Source: Nitrospirota bacterium
GTDB lineage: Bacteria > Nitrospirota > 9FT-COMBO-42-15 > HDB-SIOI813
Direction: 5' to 3'
NCBI GenBank assembly: GCA_016212215.1
Contig: JACRGV010000009.1
Span: 63 to 64,062 of the forward strand
Length of the DNA: 64,000 nucleotides
Of this stretch, positions 29,167-40,562 are shown one piece after another. Each line of letters opens with the position of its first letter. Within the stretch, counting starts at the first letter, position 1. A program made the position numbers and the translations under genes. The notes beneath the pieces were generated by a model, which searched no databases, had not been told where the DNA came from, and worked only from the letters and a program-made list of their open reading frames with translations.

Positions 29167-29513
29167 TCAAATCCCCACTACCCACCTTTTCTAAATGGGG
29201 AGCGTCTCCCGTGTTACTCATTCCTCATAAACCATCAACCATCAACCGTCTTAAACCGTAACCGTTCACAGTTATCAGTTTACGGTTCACGGTTTTTCAA
29301 CGAGTTATGTAACGCTTGGAGCATTTTTGAAATTGACTTCAATTCTTGAATGAGTTCTTTCGCATCACTATTAGAAAATACCTCTTACTTTTATATTTTT
29401 CTTAACCCTTAACTGTAAACTGTCAACTGTGAACGGTTACCTTAAACCTTTCTTGCTTTTTAAACCCTATCCATTTAAAATCATGCTTTAAAATAATCTG
29501 GGTCTATCAGTAT

Positions 29514-32500
29514 ATGAAATTTCCCTCCACACTTTTACAAAAGTCTGTTATTGCTATCCTGATAATACTGCTTCCTGTAGTCGTCAGCTTTGTCTTTGAC
29601 TATTACAAGAACAAAGAGAATCTTAAGGAAGGTATACTGCGGGAGATGACGGTAATAGCAGAAGGTGTTGAAGGGCAGGTGTATAACTTCCTTGAGATGT
29701 CGAGGAGAAGGGCTTATGACTTCTCTACTGACGGATACATAAGAGACTCGTTACTTAAAATAAAGAAGGGCGACAAGGATGCACGATTTGCATTGAACCG
29801 TCACCTTCTTTTATATAAGAAACCTGTTGATGAAACTTTAAGCCGGATAAATATTATTTCAACTGATGGAAAGATTGTTGCGGCAACTGATTTTTCCTCT
29901 ATGGGGCTTGATGTATCAAATGAGGAATACTTCATAAAAGGAAGAGAAGGTTTAAATATTTCTGAGAATTTTCATGTCTCCAATGGCCTTCCTGAACTTG
30001 CAGTAACTGCACCTATTAAGAGCAATATTAATAATGGGACCATTGGCATCCTGGTTAATTTTATTACTTTATCAGAACTTAATGATGTCCTTTCCGGAGA
30101 GTTAAGCAGAAAATTCGGTGCCATATCATCAACACTTGGAAGACACAAGACAATGGAAATCTATCTTGCAAACAAAGATAGGTACATGATAACAGAGTCA
30201 AGGTTTATAAAAGACGCAGTATTAAAACAAAAGGTTAATTCTCTTCCTATTGAATTATGTTTGAATTCAAATAAGGAGTTTACAGGCTTCTATAAAGACT
30301 ACCGCGGGATAGAGGTTGCCGGTGCATCCATGTGCGTGCCTAAGTTGAAGTGGGTTTTATTAATTGAGACTGATACAAGCGAGACCTTTGCACCACTTTC
30401 AATTATGCGTAAAAGTGCCATTACCAGCGGAGGGGTTGTTGTTAGCATAATACTCATGGTTCTGTTATATATCTTTAAAAAATTTGTAATTCCTCTTCGA
30501 AAGGTATACACAGCAGCGGAAGACATTGCACAAGGGAACTACGATATTCGGATTCCTGTGGTTACAAGTGATGAAATAGGTATTGTTTCTTCTTCCATCA
30601 ACAGGATGGCAAGGGATATAAAAGAGCGGACTAAATTACTTGAAGAAAATGAGGGGCAGATCAGGGTAATCATAGATAATTCCACTGCGGTTATATATCT
30701 TAAGGACAGGGAGGGTAGGTACATACTTATAAATAAAAGATATGAAGAGCTGTTTCATATAACAAAGGAATATATTAAAGGAAAAACAGATTTTGACATA
30801 TTCCCTGAAGATATTGCATCTGCATTTAAAGCGAATGATGTCGAGGTCTTGAATGTCAAACAGCCGCTTCAGTTTGAAGAGATAGCCCCACACGATGATG
30901 GGCTTCATTACTACTTATCTATTAAAGTGCCAATATTTGATTCTTATGGATTCCCTTATGGAACTTGCGGTATCTCTACAGATATAACTGAACGTAAGCT
31001 TATGGAAAATGAGATCAATCTTCTCAAAAACATTTCTATTTCAATCGGAAAATCAGAAGACTTCGATTCTGCCCTCAGGGAGGTACTCGCAAGGGTATGC
31101 GAGTTTACAGGGTGGGTCTTTGGTGAGGTTTGGTTCCCAAATCAAGAAGGGACCTTATTGGAATACGGTTCCATCTGTTACGGAAAAGACAACAGGTTGA
31201 AAAGTTTCTGTGATGCAAGTAAACAGTATACTTTTTCAAAGGGGACAGGACTGCCGGGACGTGTCTGGTTAACGAACAAACCGGAATGGATCAGGGATGT
31301 AACCATAAATAACACTGGGTTTCTAAGACCGGACCTCGCTTTAAAGGCCGGTATTAAAGCAAGCCTCGGCGTTCCGATTATAGCCGGTGAAGATGTCCTC
31401 GCTGTCATTGTATTCTTTGTGTCCAATGTACGGGAAGAGGACAGACAGCTTATCAGTATAATCTGGGCTGTTGCATCTCAGCTTGGTCCTATTTTCCAGC
31501 GTAAGCATACAGAGGATTTACGTTCAGAATTACAGCAGAGGTATGAAGGGCTTGTGAACAGCCTTGATGTTGGGGTTTACAGACATACGCTTGACGGCCG
31601 GTTCACAGAGGTAAATCAGGGGGCAATCAGACTGGCAGAGGCGGAATCTGAAGATGAGCTTTTAATCCATAATGCAGAAGAATTAGTCTACAATAAAAAA
31701 ACTTATGCAGAGCTTATAGAAAAATTATCACAGAAAGGTTTTATTAAAAATCTTGAAGTTGAGTGTATAACATTAAAAGGCAGGAGATTCTGGGCATCTA
31801 TCTCAGCAGTCTTAAAAAAGGATGAAAATGGGATAACCTTTATTGATGGACTTATAGAAGACATTACACTAAATAAGAGCCTTGAAGAACAGCTTATACA
31901 GGCCCAAAAGACTGAGGCTATTGGACGGCTCGCCGGTGGTATTGCACATGACTTTAATAATATACTTACCGCAATAATAGGTTATGGCACCATCCTGCGA
32001 ATGAAGCGTGGAGATGATGAACTGTTGAACAAGAATATCAGCAATATACTTACTCTCTGTGAAAGGGCAGCTAACCTGACTCAGGGACTCCTCACCTTCA
32101 GCAGAAGACAATATATGAATGTAGGTATTTATAATCTGAATGAGATTGTTAAGAGCTCAGAAAAGATGTTATCAAGAATTATTGGTGAGGATATTACTAT
32201 AAACTCAATACTGCATGAAAAAGAACTTATGGTGAAGGCTGATTTTGCACAGATAGAGCAGGTACTCTTAAACCTTGCCACAAATTCTATAGATGCCATG
32301 CCTGCAGGCGGGACATTAACTATCAGGACAAGTCTCACAGCCCTTGATGACAAATATATAGAGAAACACGGATATGGTGAGTCAGGAGATTATGCATCAA
32401 TATTGTTTTCTGACACTGGAACCGGCGTAAGCGAAGATGTTATGCAGAAGATGTTTGACCCTTTTTATACAACAAAAGAGGTAGGTAAGGGGACAGGGCT

Positions 32501-33047
32501 TGGGTTATCCATAGTATCCGGCATAGTTAAACAGCATAATGGTTTTATTGATGTAAATAGTGTGCCGGGTACAGGAACGACATTCAGTATATATATTCCC
32601 ATTACAAAGTTGTTAACTGAGAAAAAAGGATTTTCTGAGGTAATGATTCAAAAAGGGAAAAAGATGCTAATACTCCTCGCAGAGGATGAGGAGGAGGTAA
32701 GAAAGGTAACTGCAAATGCACTGAGGGAATTCGGTTATACAGTGATTGAGGCAGTTGACGGAGAAGATGCATTAATTAAGTTTATGGAAAACAAAGATTC
32801 TATTCATCTGTTATTTTTTGATATTGTTATGCCGCACAAGGGTGGTCTGGATGCTTATGAAGAGATAATTAAGTCAAGGCCTGAATTAAAGGCTATATTT
32901 ACAAGCGGGTATACATTAGAGATGGATAATATGAACAAAATCCATGAATATGGTTGTGACTTTATCCCTAAACCTATCTCGCCAACACTCCTTTATAAGA
33001 AGGTCAGTGATGCATTGAATTCAATAACATCGCAGATTAAGGAATAA
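29514..33047 (+). CDS. Hybrid sensor histidine kinase / response regulator (Cache-like sensor, HAMP, PAS, GAF, PAS, HisKA, HATPase_c, REC)
   Basis: TM, periplasmic region, second TM and HAMP (…NRMARDIKERT…), then PAS (RVIIDNSTAVIYLKD…) and GAF. H-box 'AHDFNNILTAI', N/G boxes 'DTGTGV…GTGLGLS', then C-terminal receiver with D (FDIVMPH…). Confidence 0.8.
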   Translation: MKFPSTLLQKSVIAILIILLPVVVSFVFDYYKNKENLKEGILREMTVIAEGVEGQVYNFLEMSRRRAYDFSTDGYIRDSLLKIKKGDKDARFALNRHLLLYKKPVDETLSRINIISTDGKIVAATDFSSMGLDVSNEEYFIKGREGLNISENFHVSNGLPELAVTAPIKSNINNGTIGILVNFITLSELNDVLSGELSRKFGAISSTLGRHKTMEIYLANKDRYMITESRFIKDAVLKQKVNSLPIELCLNSNKEFTGFYKDYRGIEVAGASMCVPKLKWVLLIETDTSETFAPLSIMRKSAITSGGVVVSIILMVLLYIFKKFVIPLRKVYTAAEDIAQGNYDIRIPVVTSDEIGIVSSSINRMARDIKERTKLLEENEGQIRVIIDNSTAVIYLKDREGRYILINKRYEELFHITKEYIKGKTDFDIFPEDIASAFKANDVEVLNVKQPLQFEEIAPHDDGLHYYLSIKVPIFDSYGFPYGTCGISTDITERKLMENEINLLKNISISIGKSEDFDSALREVLARVCEFTGWVFGEVWFPNQEGTLLEYGSICYGKDNRLKSFCDASKQYTFSKGTGLPGRVWLTNKPEWIRDVTINNTGFLRPDLALKAGIKASLGVPIIAGEDVLAVIVFFVSNVREEDRQLISIIWAVASQLGPIFQRKHTEDLRSELQQRYEGLVNSLDVGVYRHTLDGRFTEVNQGAIRLAEAESEDELLIHNAEELVYNKKTYAELIEKLSQKGFIKNLEVECITLKGRRFWASISAVLKKDENGITFIDGLIEDITLNKSLEEQLIQAQKTEAIGRLAGGIAHDFNNILTAIIGYGTILRMKRGDDELLNKNISNILTLCERAANLTQGLLTFSRRQYMNVGIYNLNEIVKSSEKMLSRIIGEDITINSILHEKELMVKADFAQIEQVLLNLATNSIDAMPAGGTLTIRTSLTALDDKYIEKHGYGESGDYASILFSDTGTGVSEDVMQKMFDPFYTTKEVGKGTGLGLSIVSGIVKQHNGFIDVNSVPGTGTTFSIYIPITKLLTEKKGFSEVMIQKGKKMLILLAEDEEEVRKVTANALREFGYTVIEAVDGEDALIKFMENKDSIHLLFFDIVMPHKGGLDAYEEIIKSRPELKAIFTSGYTLEMDNMNKIHEYGCDFIPKPISPTLLYKKVSDALNSITSQIKE

Positions 33048-33059
33048 CCTTAGCCTCAT

Positions 33060-33125
33060 ATTTCCCCTCCCCTTGCGGGAGGGGATTAAGGGGAGGGTTA
33101 GGGTGGGGATGGGGTTATTTTCGGA
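33060..33125. repeat. REP/BIME-like unit
   Basis: 'ttcccctccccttgcgggaggggattaaggggagggttagggtggggatggggtt'. Confidence 0.8.
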
Positions 33126-33214
33126 ACATAATTAACTCATTCCATCTGTTGACGCTCATTGAGCAATTGTGTTAGTATGTAGCAATTTTAAAGGGGCCAT
33201 AATAGGGGCCAAAA

Positions 33215-34993
33215 TTGGGGAACAACATGAAAATGAGCGGGGCAGAGATACTTATAGAGTCGTTAAAAAAGGAAGGCGTTGATACTGTATTTGGAATGCC
33301 CGGCGGAGTTGTCCTGCAGATATTTGATGTCCTTTATAACGAAAAGAATCTCAAATTTATATTAACACGCCATGAACAGGGCGCGGCCCATGCGGCTGAT
33401 GGTTATGCACGCGCAAAGGGGAAACCAGGGGTCGCCCTTGTTACATCAGGGCCCGGTGCAACGAATACAGTTACCGGTATTGCCAATGCCCACATGGATT
33501 CTATTCCGCTTATAGTTATTACAGGTCAGGTTGCAACAAGGATGATCGGTAATGATGCATTCCAGGAGGCGGATATTGTCGGAATAACAAGGCCGTGCAC
33601 AAAATATAATTTTCTTGTAAAGAGTGTTGATGAGCTTGCAAAGACGATTAAAGAGGCATTTTATATTGCAAGTACAGGCCGGCCCGGTCCTGTACTTATT
33701 GATTTACCAAAAGATATTTCAGGTGCAAGGACTGATTTCGAGTATCCTGAAAAGGTCTCAATGCGGAGTTATAATCCGACTTATTACGGTAATAAATGGC
33801 AGATTAAGCAGGCAGCTCAGGCAATCCTGAGGGCAAAACGGCCGGTAATATATGCCGGCGGCGGCGTTATCCTCTCAAATGCATCTGGAGAGCTGAAAGA
33901 ACTTGCAGAGTTAAACAGGATACCTGTTACCCTCACGCTAATGGGGCTTGGCGGGTTTCCGGGTACGCATCCTCTGTTTCTTGGAATGCTTGGGATGCAT
34001 GGTACTTATGCGGCAAACATGAGTGTGCATGATGCAGACCTTGTTATTGCCATAGGGTCACGGTTTGATGACCGTGTTACCGGCAAGGTAAGCGAGTTTG
34101 CGCCAAAGGCTAAGTTTATTCATATAGACATTGACCCCACAAACATAAGAAAGAATATCCATGTTGATATTCCTATTGTTGGTGATGTGAGAAATGTCCT
34201 TGTGGAATTAAATAAGGAGCTTAAGACACTGGAAGAAAACCGGAACCAGTTAATAAGGGAAAGAGATCCGTGGTATTCACAGATAAAAGAATGGGAGAAG
34301 GGGCACCCGCTTTCATATAAAAAGAGTAATAAGGTGATAAAACCACAGTACGTTATAGAAAAGATATATGAGCTTTCAGGCGGTGATGCAATTGTGGCAT
34401 CAGATGTGGGACAACATCAGATGTGGGTAGCCCAGTTTTTCAAATATGACAGACCGAGGACATCCATTACTTCAGGCGGGTTGGGGACAATGGGATTCGG
34501 TCTTCCTGCTGCTATTGGCGCACAGTTTGCGTGTCCGGATAAACTTGTATTCAATGTTGCAGGGGACGGCAGTTTCCAGATGAATGTTCAGGAACTCGCA
34601 ACTATTGCTGTAAACAAATTACCAATAAAGATAGTTATCATAAATAATGGTTCTCTTGGAATGGTGAGGCAGTGGCAGGAGTTATTCTTTAATCAGCATT
34701 ATTCAGGCAGCATTATAAAAGATATGCCGGACTATGTAAAACTTGCTGAGGCATACAGTATTAAAGGCTTGAGGGCAACTAATCCATCGGAAGTAGAAGG
34801 GATAATTAAAGAGGCGATTAACACAGATGGGCCTGTGCTGATGGATTTCATAGTAGACCCCGGAGAAAACGTATTTCCAATGGTACCGGCGGGCGCAGCG
34901 AACTCAGAGATGATCTTCGGAGAATCTGCAAAGAGTGTAAAAGACAAGACAGCGGCTAAGAAAGAGAAGAAAAACTCGGTGCTGCCGGCATGA
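33215..34993 (+). CDS. ilvB: Acetolactate synthase large subunit
   Basis: TPP-enzyme blocks ([38 protein letters not shown]). Probable true start at ATG 33227 (MKMSGAEIL). Confidence 0.85.
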   Translation: MGNNMKMSGAEILIESLKKEGVDTVFGMPGGVVLQIFDVLYNEKNLKFILTRHEQGAAHAADGYARAKGKPGVALVTSGPGATNTVTGIANAHMDSIPLIVITGQVATRMIGNDAFQEADIVGITRPCTKYNFLVKSVDELAKTIKEAFYIASTGRPGPVLIDLPKDISGARTDFEYPEKVSMRSYNPTYYGNKWQIKQAAQAILRAKRPVIYAGGGVILSNASGELKELAELNRIPVTLTLMGLGGFPGTHPLFLGMLGMHGTYAANMSVHDADLVIAIGSRFDDRVTGKVSEFAPKAKFIHIDIDPTNIRKNIHVDIPIVGDVRNVLVELNKELKTLEENRNQLIRERDPWYSQIKEWEKGHPLSYKKSNKVIKPQYVIEKIYELSGGDAIVASDVGQHQMWVAQFFKYDRPRTSITSGGLGTMGFGLPAAIGAQFACPDKLVFNVAGDGSFQMNVQELATIAVNKLPIKIVIINNGSLGMVRQWQELFFNQHYSGSIIKDMPDYVKLAEAYSIKGLRATNPSEVEGIIKEAINTDGPVLMDFIVDPGENVFPMVPAGAANSEMIFGESAKSVKDKTAAKKEKKNSVLPA

Positions 34994-35042
34994 CAAACAG
35001 TAAGCAGGTAGCAGGAAGCAGTAAAAAAAAGAATTCCCTCCC

Positions 35043-35100
35043 CTTCAAGGGGAGGGTTAGGGTGGGGATGGGGTTTATTCTTCGATGAATCAGGAGACAC
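35043..35100. repeat. REP/BIME-like unit
   Basis: 'ccctccccttcaaggggagggttagggtggggatggggtttattcttcgatgaa'. Confidence 0.8.
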
Positions 35101-35107
35101 AATTCTT

Positions 35108-35629
35108 ATGCAGCATATAATAAGCATTTTAGTAGAAAATAAATTCGGTGTGCTTTCAAGGGTGGCTGGGCTGTTCAGCGGCAGGGGGTTTAATATCGAG
35201 AGTATATCAGTCGGCACGACACTTGATTCTTCTACATCTCAGATTACAGTTGTGACTATGGGTGATGATCGGATCATAGAGCAGATAATCAAGCACCTGA
35301 ATAAGCTGATTGATGTTATAAAGGTCATTGACCTTTCTGAGAAGGATTATATTGTAAGGGAGGCAGCACTGATCAAGATACACACAAGCAGGCCGGAGGA
35401 CAGGAGCGAGGCATTAAGGATTACAGAAATATTCAGGGCAAGGGTCGTTGATTCTACACCATCAACATATACTGTTGAGATTACGGGTGATGAGAATAAG
35501 ATAGAGGCAATCATAAACCTGCTCCGCCCACTCGGCATAAAAGAGATCGTCAGGACAGGAAAGATAGCAATAGCAAGGGAAGACATGAAACAGACCGCCA
35601 TGCAGGAGTTGAAGAAGGTAAGAGCGTAA
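35108..35629 (+). CDS. ilvN: Acetolactate synthase small (regulatory) subunit
   Basis: ACT domain start 'HIISILVENKFGVLSRVAGLFSGRGFNIESISVG', adjacent to ilvB. Confidence 0.85.
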   Translation: MQHIISILVENKFGVLSRVAGLFSGRGFNIESISVGTTLDSSTSQITVVTMGDDRIIEQIIKHLNKLIDVIKVIDLSEKDYIVREAALIKIHTSRPEDRSEALRITEIFRARVVDSTPSTYTVEITGDENKIEAIINLLRPLGIKEIVRTGKIAIAREDMKQTAMQELKKVRA

Positions 35630-35713
35630 TAGGGATGAGCATAGAGCAGAAGTAAGAAGCAAGAAATTAGAAGTAAGAAGATTGTACTGATAATAAACAC
35701 TAAGGGGGAATGA

Positions 35714-36727
<1,014 letters not shown>

Positions 36728-36742
36728 CGGATAACGCAAAAA

Positions 36743-37195
36743 GCCCCCCCTCCCCTTAATCCCCTCCCGCAAGGGGAGGGGAGACATAAGAGAGATTCCT
36801 TACCCTGGGGGGAGCGGGTACATAGAATATGCTCAAGGGAGAGGGTACTAAGTTTATCCCCCCTCCCTTGACGGGAGGGGGTTAGGGGGAGGGTGAGCTA
36901 TGGTGATTTTCGGATGAACTCCCATGAGCGGGGCGATCACAAAGGGCAATGAAAACCCCACCCTCACCCTAACCCTCTCCCTGAGGGAGAGGGGGCTACG
37001 TTGATTCCCTCCCCTTCAAGGGGAGGGGTAGGGTGGGGATGGGGTTGATTTTCGGATGAACTCACATGAACCAGGGTTCACGAATGGCAATGAAAATCAA
37101 CGGGACAAGAATGTCCCGCCTATCCTCATAGATATGGATAGGCGGGGTTTTCTTACCCCGCCGGAAGGATTTTCGAGTGAGTTCAATCAGGAGGA
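36743..37195. repeat. Composite BIME-like cluster (at least 5 units in alternating orientation) + three-hairpin 75-bp module
   Basis: Alternating 'ccctcccc..ggggaggg' and inverse 'caccctcaccctaaccctctccctgagggagaggg' units joined by 'catga(a/g)cNNNgNtcacaaagg.catgaaaa' linker hairpins. Ends with 'cgggacaagaatgtcccgcctatcc…ggataggcggggttttcttaccccgcc'. Confidence 0.8.
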
Positions 37196-37207
37196 TGAAA
37201 ACAATAA

Positions 37208-37852
37208 ATGGATCGTAACAGTGCCCCGTTAGCAGCAGAAGGGGTGCCTTTTGTAATTATTTCCGGGGTTATATCCATTTTGCTCTTTCTTCCGGGATGG
37301 TTGATACCCGGCATTATTTCTTCTCTGCTTTTTCTTTTTATAGTATGGTTTTTCCGTAATCCTCAGCGGAGTATTCCGACCGGGAAAAATTTGGTTGTCT
37401 CTCCTGCGGACGGTAAGATCATTGTAATAAAGAAAGGCGAAGTTGACCGTGTTCTGAAAAAGAAGATGGTGAAGATAAGCATATTCATGAATGTCTTTAA
37501 TGTCCATGTGAACAGGATACCGTGCAAAGGAAAGATAGTTGATATACTCTACAATCCCGGGAAATTTGTATCTGCCAATTTAGATAAGGCATCCCTTGAG
37601 AATGAGCAGAATGCCGTTGTAATGGAGACTGAGAAAGGGGAGAAGGTACTTTTTATACAGATAGCAGGATTGATTGCAAGGAGGATCGTCTGCCGTCTCA
37701 AAACCGGTCAACGTGTTGAAAGGGGAGAGCGGTTCGGATTAATAAGGTTCGGGTCAAGGGTGGATGTGTATCTGCCTGAGACTGCTGATATTAAGGTATC
37801 AATAGGACAAAAGGTGAAAGGAGGCGAGAGTATTCTCGCGGCACTGAAATAA
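37208..37852 (+). CDS. psd: Phosphatidylserine decarboxylase (short-form proenzyme)
   Basis: PSD family signature around 'GERFGLIRFGSRVDVYLP' (GS cleavage/pyruvoyl site). Membrane N-terminus. Immediately upstream of pssA. Confidence 0.7.
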   Translation: MDRNSAPLAAEGVPFVIISGVISILLFLPGWLIPGIISSLLFLFIVWFFRNPQRSIPTGKNLVVSPADGKIIVIKKGEVDRVLKKKMVKISIFMNVFNVHVNRIPCKGKIVDILYNPGKFVSANLDKASLENEQNAVVMETEKGEKVLFIQIAGLIARRIVCRLKTGQRVERGERFGLIRFGSRVDVYLPETADIKVSIGQKVKGGESILAALK

Positions 37853-38631
37853 TGGAAAATACTAATCCCCAAAATCCCCAAAATCAAAAGATAGGTGTGT
37901 TTATCATACCAAGCCTGCTTACTTTGGCAAACCTGTTTTGCGGTTTCTATGCAATTATAGGGATTCAGAAGTCCGACTACACGCTTGCTGCATGGGCCAT
38001 TCTCTTAGGGATGTTGTTTGACAGCTTTGACGGCAAGATAGCGAGACTTACAAATTCAACCAGCCGTTTCGGTATTGAGCTTGATTCCCTTGCTGACCTT
38101 GTTTCATTCGGCGTTGCGCCCGGTCTGTTGATTTATTCATGGGCATTAAACGGTTACGGCAAGATAGGATGGCTTGCAGTGTTCCTGTTTGTAGCATGCG
38201 GGGCTATCAGGCTTGCAAGGTTCAATACACAGGCAACAAGTTCTGCAAGCAATTATTTTACGGGATTACCAATTCCAGCGGCAGCCGGTCTCATAGCTAC
38301 CACAGTTATTTTTGATAGCCATATACTTGAGATGGGTAACGAGGTAAGGCCGATTGTAGTGCTTCTTATGACTTACATCCTTGCATACCTTATGGTGAGC
38401 ACAATAGGGTACCGGAGTTTCAAAAATGTTCACCTTGGAGAAAAGAAGTCTGTGTCTGCCCTTGTTGCAGCAGTTCTTGTAATTATTATTATAATTGCAG
38501 AACCGCAGATAATGCTGTTTGTAATCTTTGCTTTATATGCATCATTAGGGCCTTCAGAGAGGGTTCTTCTGCCGTTGATAAAGGCTATTCGTCATAAGGT
38601 GCATCATAAGGGGGAAGGGAAAGTTGCGTAG
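37852..38631 (+). CDS. pssA: CDP-diacylglycerol--serine O-phosphatidyltransferase (CDP-alcohol phosphatidyltransferase family)
   Basis: Motif DG(x2)AR(x8)G(x3)D(x3)D present: '[28 protein letters not shown]'. Start overlaps the psd stop (TAATGG), and the 3' end overlaps the leuA start. Confidence 0.75.
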   Translation: MENTNPQNPQNQKIGVFIIPSLLTLANLFCGFYAIIGIQKSDYTLAAWAILLGMLFDSFDGKIARLTNSTSRFGIELDSLADLVSFGVAPGLLIYSWALNGYGKIGWLAVFLFVACGAIRLARFNTQATSSASNYFTGLPIPAAAGLIATTVIFDSHILEMGNEVRPIVVLLMTYILAYLMVSTIGYRSFKNVHLGEKKSVSALVAAVLVIIIIIAEPQIMLFVIFALYASLGPSERVLLPLIKAIRHKVHHKGEGKVA

Positions 38632-40135
38632 AATTAAGATATTTGATACCACACTGAGAGACGGGGAACAGTGTCCCGGCGCCAGTATGAATAAGGAGGA
38701 AAAGCTTACAGTTGCAAGACAACTGGCCAGGCTTAATGTAGATATAATTGAGGCAGGTTTTCCAATTGCATCAGAAGATGATTTTGATGCGGTAAGACTC
38801 ATTGCAGGGGATGTAAAAGGGCCTGTGATTGCAGGGCTTGCAAGGGCGAGAAAAGAAGATATAGAGCGTGCGGCCGAGGCGGTAAAGATTGCTGAACGTT
38901 CAAGGATACATACATTTATTGCAACATCTGAGATACATATACAACAGAAACTTAGGATGAGCCGTGAGGAGGTTATCGAAGCCGCTGTTGCTGCGGTCAG
39001 ACTTGCGAGACAGTTTACAGATGATGTGGAATTTTCTGCAGAGGACGCCTCAAGGAGTGATATAGATTTTCTGTGCAGGGTGGTGGAAGCGGCCATTAAT
39101 GCAGGTGCATCCACTATAAATATACCGGATACTGTCGGCTATGCACTCCCTGATGAGTTTGGTGAATTAATCGGCAGTATAATGAACAGAGTTCCCAATG
39201 TTGATAAGGCGGTGATAAGTGTTCATTGCCATAATGATCTGGGGCTTGCAGTTGCAAATTCCTTATCCGCTGTCCTTGCAGGGGCAGGTCAGGTGGAGTG
39301 TACTATAAATGGTATTGGAGAGAGGGCCGGCAATGCCTCTATGGAAGAGGTTGTTATGGCCTTAAAGACGAGGGGACAATATTTTAGTGCGGACACCGGT
39401 ATTACTACGCAGGAGATTTATAAATCAAGCAGACTTGTGAGCACAATAACCGGCATGGTTGTTCAGCCGAATAAGGCGATCGTCGGGGCTAATGCCTTTG
39501 CCCATGAGTCCGGAATCCATCAGGACGGGCTGTTGAAAGATAAAAGGACCTATGAGATAATGACGCCTGAATCTGTTGGAATATCTGAGCACAAATTAGT
39601 GCTTGGAAAACATTCAGGCAGGCACGCATTCAAGAATAAACTCGTGGAGATGGGATACAACATCTCAGAGGATGAGATAAACAAGGCGTTTGAACGATTC
39701 AAGAAGCTTGCTGACCAGAAGAAAGAGGTCTTTGAGGAAGATTTGGACGCAATTGTAACTGAGGAGGTTTACCGGATACCTGAGAGATTTGTATTGAAAA
39801 ATTTACATGTGGAAAGCGGCAGTAATGTAACCCCTGCGGCAATGGTTGAACTTGAGATAGACGGCAGGAGTGTTACGAACAAATCGTCCGGAGACGGGCC
39901 GGTAGACGCCACCTACAGGACTATAAAAGAGATGGTAAAGACAAACAGCATCCTGTTGTCTTATGAAGTCAAAGCTATAACAGGCGGGACAGACGCACTC
40001 GGCGAAGTTACAGTAAGACTTGAAGAAAATGGAAGAACAGTAGTCGGCCAGGGTGCAGACACAGATATTATAATAGCCAGTGCAAAGGCATATCTGAATG
40101 GACTGAACAGGATGGAGAGCAGGAAAAAGCAGTGA
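38624..40135 (+). CDS. leuA: 2-isopropylmalate synthase
   Basis: '[11 protein letters not shown]' and '[12 protein letters not shown]' signatures, plus the C-terminal LeuA dimerisation domain. Confidence 0.9.
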   Translation: MRRIKIFDTTLRDGEQCPGASMNKEEKLTVARQLARLNVDIIEAGFPIASEDDFDAVRLIAGDVKGPVIAGLARARKEDIERAAEAVKIAERSRIHTFIATSEIHIQQKLRMSREEVIEAAVAAVRLARQFTDDVEFSAEDASRSDIDFLCRVVEAAINAGASTINIPDTVGYALPDEFGELIGSIMNRVPNVDKAVISVHCHNDLGLAVANSLSAVLAGAGQVECTINGIGERAGNASMEEVVMALKTRGQYFSADTGITTQEIYKSSRLVSTITGMVVQPNKAIVGANAFAHESGIHQDGLLKDKRTYEIMTPESVGISEHKLVLGKHSGRHAFKNKLVEMGYNISEDEINKAFERFKKLADQKKEVFEEDLDAIVTEEVYRIPERFVLKNLHVESGSNVTPAAMVELEIDGRSVTNKSSGDGPVDATYRTIKEMVKTNSILLSYEVKAITGGTDALGEVTVRLEENGRTVVGQGADTDIIIASAKAYLNGLNRMESRKKQ

Positions 40136-40560
40136 ATCGTGATTAGTGAATGGTGAATAGTAAAGGCCCCCTCACCCGGAGCCTCTCCCTGAGGGGGAGG
40201 GGGCTACGTTGATTCCCTCCCCTTCAAGGGGAGGGGTAGGGTGGGGATGGGGTTGATTTTCGGATGAACTGTCATGAAACGGAGGTTTCACAAAGGAGGA
40301 TGAAAACCACCCCCCCAATCCCCCCCTTGTTAAGGGGGGGAAAGTTCCTTTGGTGCTCAATGGCCAACGGCAATCCCCCCCTTTGTTCAAGGGGGGGCAT
40401 GGGGGGGTCATTTTCGGATGAACCCACATGAACCAGGGTTCACAAAGGGACATGAAAATCAGCGGGACAAGAAAGTCCCGCCTATCCTCGTAGAGATGGA
40501 TAGGCGGGGTTTTCTTACCCCGCCGGAAGGGATTTTCGGATGAATGCAAATGAGGTTAAA
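40126..40560. repeat. Composite BIME-like cluster incl. 3' 'cagtgaat' module, variant C-tract hairpins and three-hairpin module
   Basis: Starts at leuA's last codons ('aaagcagtgaatcgtgattagtgaatggtgaatag'). Contains 'cccccctt gttaa gggggg' variant hairpins. Ends with the 75-bp module before leuC. Confidence 0.8.
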
Positions 40561-40562
40561 CT

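Noticed and set aside
36743-37195. Possibility that the GC-rich repeat clusters are CRISPR arrays
   Set aside because: There is no constant repeat/spacer periodicity. Units alternate in orientation and are separated by conserved linkers, not unique spacers. There are no cas genes.
38554-39114. 186-aa ORF on the minus strand
   Set aside because: It lies entirely antisense within leuA, which has unmistakable signatures. The composition is Ala/Ser-rich and low-complexity, typical of antisense frames.
40172-40549. 125-aa minus-strand ORF and other ORFs in the track that lie inside repeat clusters (34732-35217, 51238-51435, 41780-41971)
   Set aside because: They are encoded entirely by GC-rich palindromic repeat units. 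The peptides are Pro/Gly-rich with 'PHPHP…PLEGEG' strings, and the same string recurs in several frames at several loci. They are artefacts of the open GC-rich repeats.
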